Origin: Squalus acanthias
Lineage: Eukaryota
Assembly: GCA_030390025.1 (NCBI GenBank)
Contig: CM059432.1
Span: 128,652,001 to 128,716,000 of the forward strand
DNA length: 64,000 nucleotides
Direction of reading: 5' to 3'
Shown: piece by piece, positions 61,312-64,000 of the stretch
Layout: every line of letters begins with the position of its first letter
Position numbering within the stretch: the stretch's first letter is position 1
Program-made: the position numbers and the translations under genes
The notes under the pieces: model-generated
The model's input: only the letters and a program-made list of their open reading frames with translations
What the model was told of the DNA's origin: nothing
The model's database searches: none

Positions 61312-63134
61312 CTAGTCTCTGCTCAGTACCAATCAGTTACTGACAAAGCTGATTCTTTAGCATCTGTGTGCGCATATTTCACATAGGCATCCTTTAGAAT
61401 CGACATCCTGCAAACTTAAACCTGTGGAAATGGCATGCAACAACAACAACATATTAAATGGATATTTAAATAGAGTGGCTGCGTGTTTGAGGTAATATTT
61501 GTATGACCCTTCTTTCACTTTACCCAGCACCATACCCCACATCTCTTATGTCACCTCTCTTACACCACTTGTCACACATTCTTGAAGTGCTGACCTCGCC
61601 CTCATTCACCATATCACCTTGCAGACAAATTGGCACACAATTCCCACCACAGGCAGGCCACCAAGGGGGTCATCCCTGCCTTTAAACCCTTCACCCCAAT
61701 TACGGACTGAATACCTACACTGTCAGCCTGGCATCCCTATGAAGCCCCACCCAGCCACAACCTTCCACCCACTTCACTGCCACCTTAATCCCAAGGGGTG
61801 ATGTTACTTAATGCCCTTGTTCTTCTTTTGTTTAATAAATTTGCGTAATAGTTTTAACTTAAAACGAGATCTGATGTGATGCTGTAAAACGTTCAAGGAC
61901 TGTAGCGTGAGCTCATGGAGCATTAGATAAGTTTAGAAGCTAAAATGAATTACCAGACAGGGTATCCTGTTCATTTTCTCGGGCAGATTACAAGAAGTTT
62001 CCTTAGATCACAAGCAAGGATAGACACTTTCAAAAGTATAAGGGAATTGTGACTTACCCTTGAGAATGATCTTAGCTTTGCCAATATAAAATTGTCCAGG
62101 ATAATAAAGGCTAAAAAAGACCCAAAAATGTAACAACGCTCCTTGTTCTGCCTCCGAAACTCCACTCTCCACAAACTTCAACTCATTCAGAACTCCAGTG
62201 TCGACATCCTAACCCATACTAAGTGCTGCTCACTCACCCATCACCCCAGTCTTCACCATACCCAAACCATTGAGTTCTTCTCACTCCATCTTACATCTCC
62301 AACCTCACTGAGCCCTGTGTCCCAGATCACAGCCTCTGCTCTTCTGAATCCGGAGTCCTGATTTTAACCGGCAGGCAAGCCTAGGGCCGGAAGTGTGAGG
62401 GTCAGGCTCGCCCAGCTCACCGACGTGTGTCGCAGGACATTTAACTCCAGGTCATCATTTAAATAAACTAGGCCCTATGTCAATGATGTGGCACTGGCAG
62501 ATGAGAGCAGGCGAGTGTGGCCTGAGGCTGCTGCTGGGGACCCATTGGAATGGCCCGGATCAAAAGTAAGTCTAGGTGGGGGTTCCGGAGGGAGGAGGGG
62601 GGCGGGGAGGGAGGAGGTCCGGGGCAGGTGAGGCCCTAGGTTTCTTTCTGGGCCTGCTCCTGCATGGTGCCAGGCTTCCGAGGTAAGGCCGGCACCAGAC
62701 GCTGCGCATTAAAATCTAGTCAGGTTTTGTCATCACATCAGTGTGCTTGAACGAGCCTCATCTCACCGGCCCCAGGCTTGCCCCCCTGTTCAAATCGAGG
62801 CTTCTAAATTCAGAAGAATGGAGGGTGTGGACTGGGACACAGGGCTCAATGAGGTTGGAGAGGTAAGATGGAGAGAGGCCATGGATGAATTTGTAAACAA
62901 GGTGGAACTTTTGAATATTTACGAGTCCCTGGCCTGCTTGCGGTGAGGGCCTCACACACCTCACGAAACCCCAGAGTTAAAATTACGTCTGGCGAGAGAG
63001 TGGCACCAAGCCGGAGGGCAGGATGCTGCCTCTATTTTAACCCTCTGCTGGCCCTGTTCTCATCAGGTGCAGGGTGGATTAAAACGAGCCCTGGGATTTC
63101 TGTGCATCCCCTTCCAGCTACAACTCTCTCCACC

Positions 63135-63390
63135 AGGAGTGAAGTTAGGAAAAACTTCCACACGCAAAGGGTGGTTAAAGTTTGGGACTCTCTTTCGCAA
63201 ACGGCAGTTGATGCTAGGTCAATTGTTAATTTTAAATCTGCGATTGATAGATTTTTGTTAACCAAAGATATTAAGGGATATGGGGCAAAGGCAGGTATAT
63301 GGAGTTAGGTCACAGATCAGCCATGATCTCATTGAATGGCGGAACAGGCTCAAGGGGCTAAATGGCCTACTCCTGTCTCTATGTTCCTTC
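63135..63390 (+). mobile_element. CR1 3' end, followed by an L2 3' remnant to about 63545
   Basis: VRKNFHTQRVVKVWDSL..IDRFL; CR1 3'UTR. Confidence 0.85.
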
Positions 63391-64000
63391 AAAGTCCTCC
63401 TCAAATCCTACCTCTTTGACCCTGCCTTTTTTTGCCCTTTCTAATATTCCAATCCCACTTCCTGTCCATTATCACTCTTTGTAAAGCGCCTTGGGAGGTT
63501 CCACCACGTTAAAGCCAGTATACAGGTGTGAGTTGCTGTTGTTCACTTTGGCTTTATGCTAGTATCAAATTGAACCAGCCAACAAGCATATGCAAATCTC
63601 TGTGCTGTTGGCCAATGAATGGAGGAGAAGCAGCAATGGAACGCGGGTTCATAGAGCGTCGCTCTACAGTATACCTACAATATAACAGGGCCATTAAATT
63701 GCTCATCAGAAGATAATTTTTTTATGAATCACAATAATCGCTTGCAGCTCTTCAGGGTTTTGCGCCCTGTTGCTAAATGTCTCACAGCAAAGTGCTCACA
63801 TGCGAGGCTGTCATCACTCTTATTTTGGATGAGTCCAGAATCCAAAATCTAATTTTCAACCTGGGAAGCTGAAACACCCAGTCTTATTGCCTCCCCTTCA
63901 CATCGATTCTGTCACCAAGATAGATGCTTCCACTTCACAGATTGCCAAATGAAACCTTTGACCTCTTGTGATCTCTGCTGATCTCATCAAAAGCACCTCG

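Overview
Repeat-dense vertebrate DNA, most likely from a cartilaginous fish. This is inferred from the repeat content: CR1 LINEs with (TTCTATG/A)n tails, Deu-domain and V-domain tRNA SINEs, Harbinger relics and Penelope termini. I found no intact, recognisable host protein-coding gene; the window is mostly nested transposons. Main items: (1) a 3.2-kb single-ORF endonuclease (EN)+RT LINE that starts with a tRNA-derived Pol III promoter in two independent copies and has no TTTT on the sense strand of the complete copy, so it is a candidate Pol III-transcribed autonomous LINE; (2) a young, near full-length CR1 with an esterase ORF1 and a 47-bp 5' monomer array carrying E2F and CHR motifs; (3) a Neptune-type Penelope element with an open RT-GIY-YIG frame and a minimal hammerhead ribozyme, nested in a solo LTR inside the tRNA-headed LINE; (4) a fragmented Harbinger transposon and many Harbinger-like and hAT MITEs; (5) non-repetitive islands with a D-box/E'-box cluster, a nuclear-receptor half-site cluster and possible decayed minus-strand exons. 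All family names come from motif recognition by eye, not database searches.
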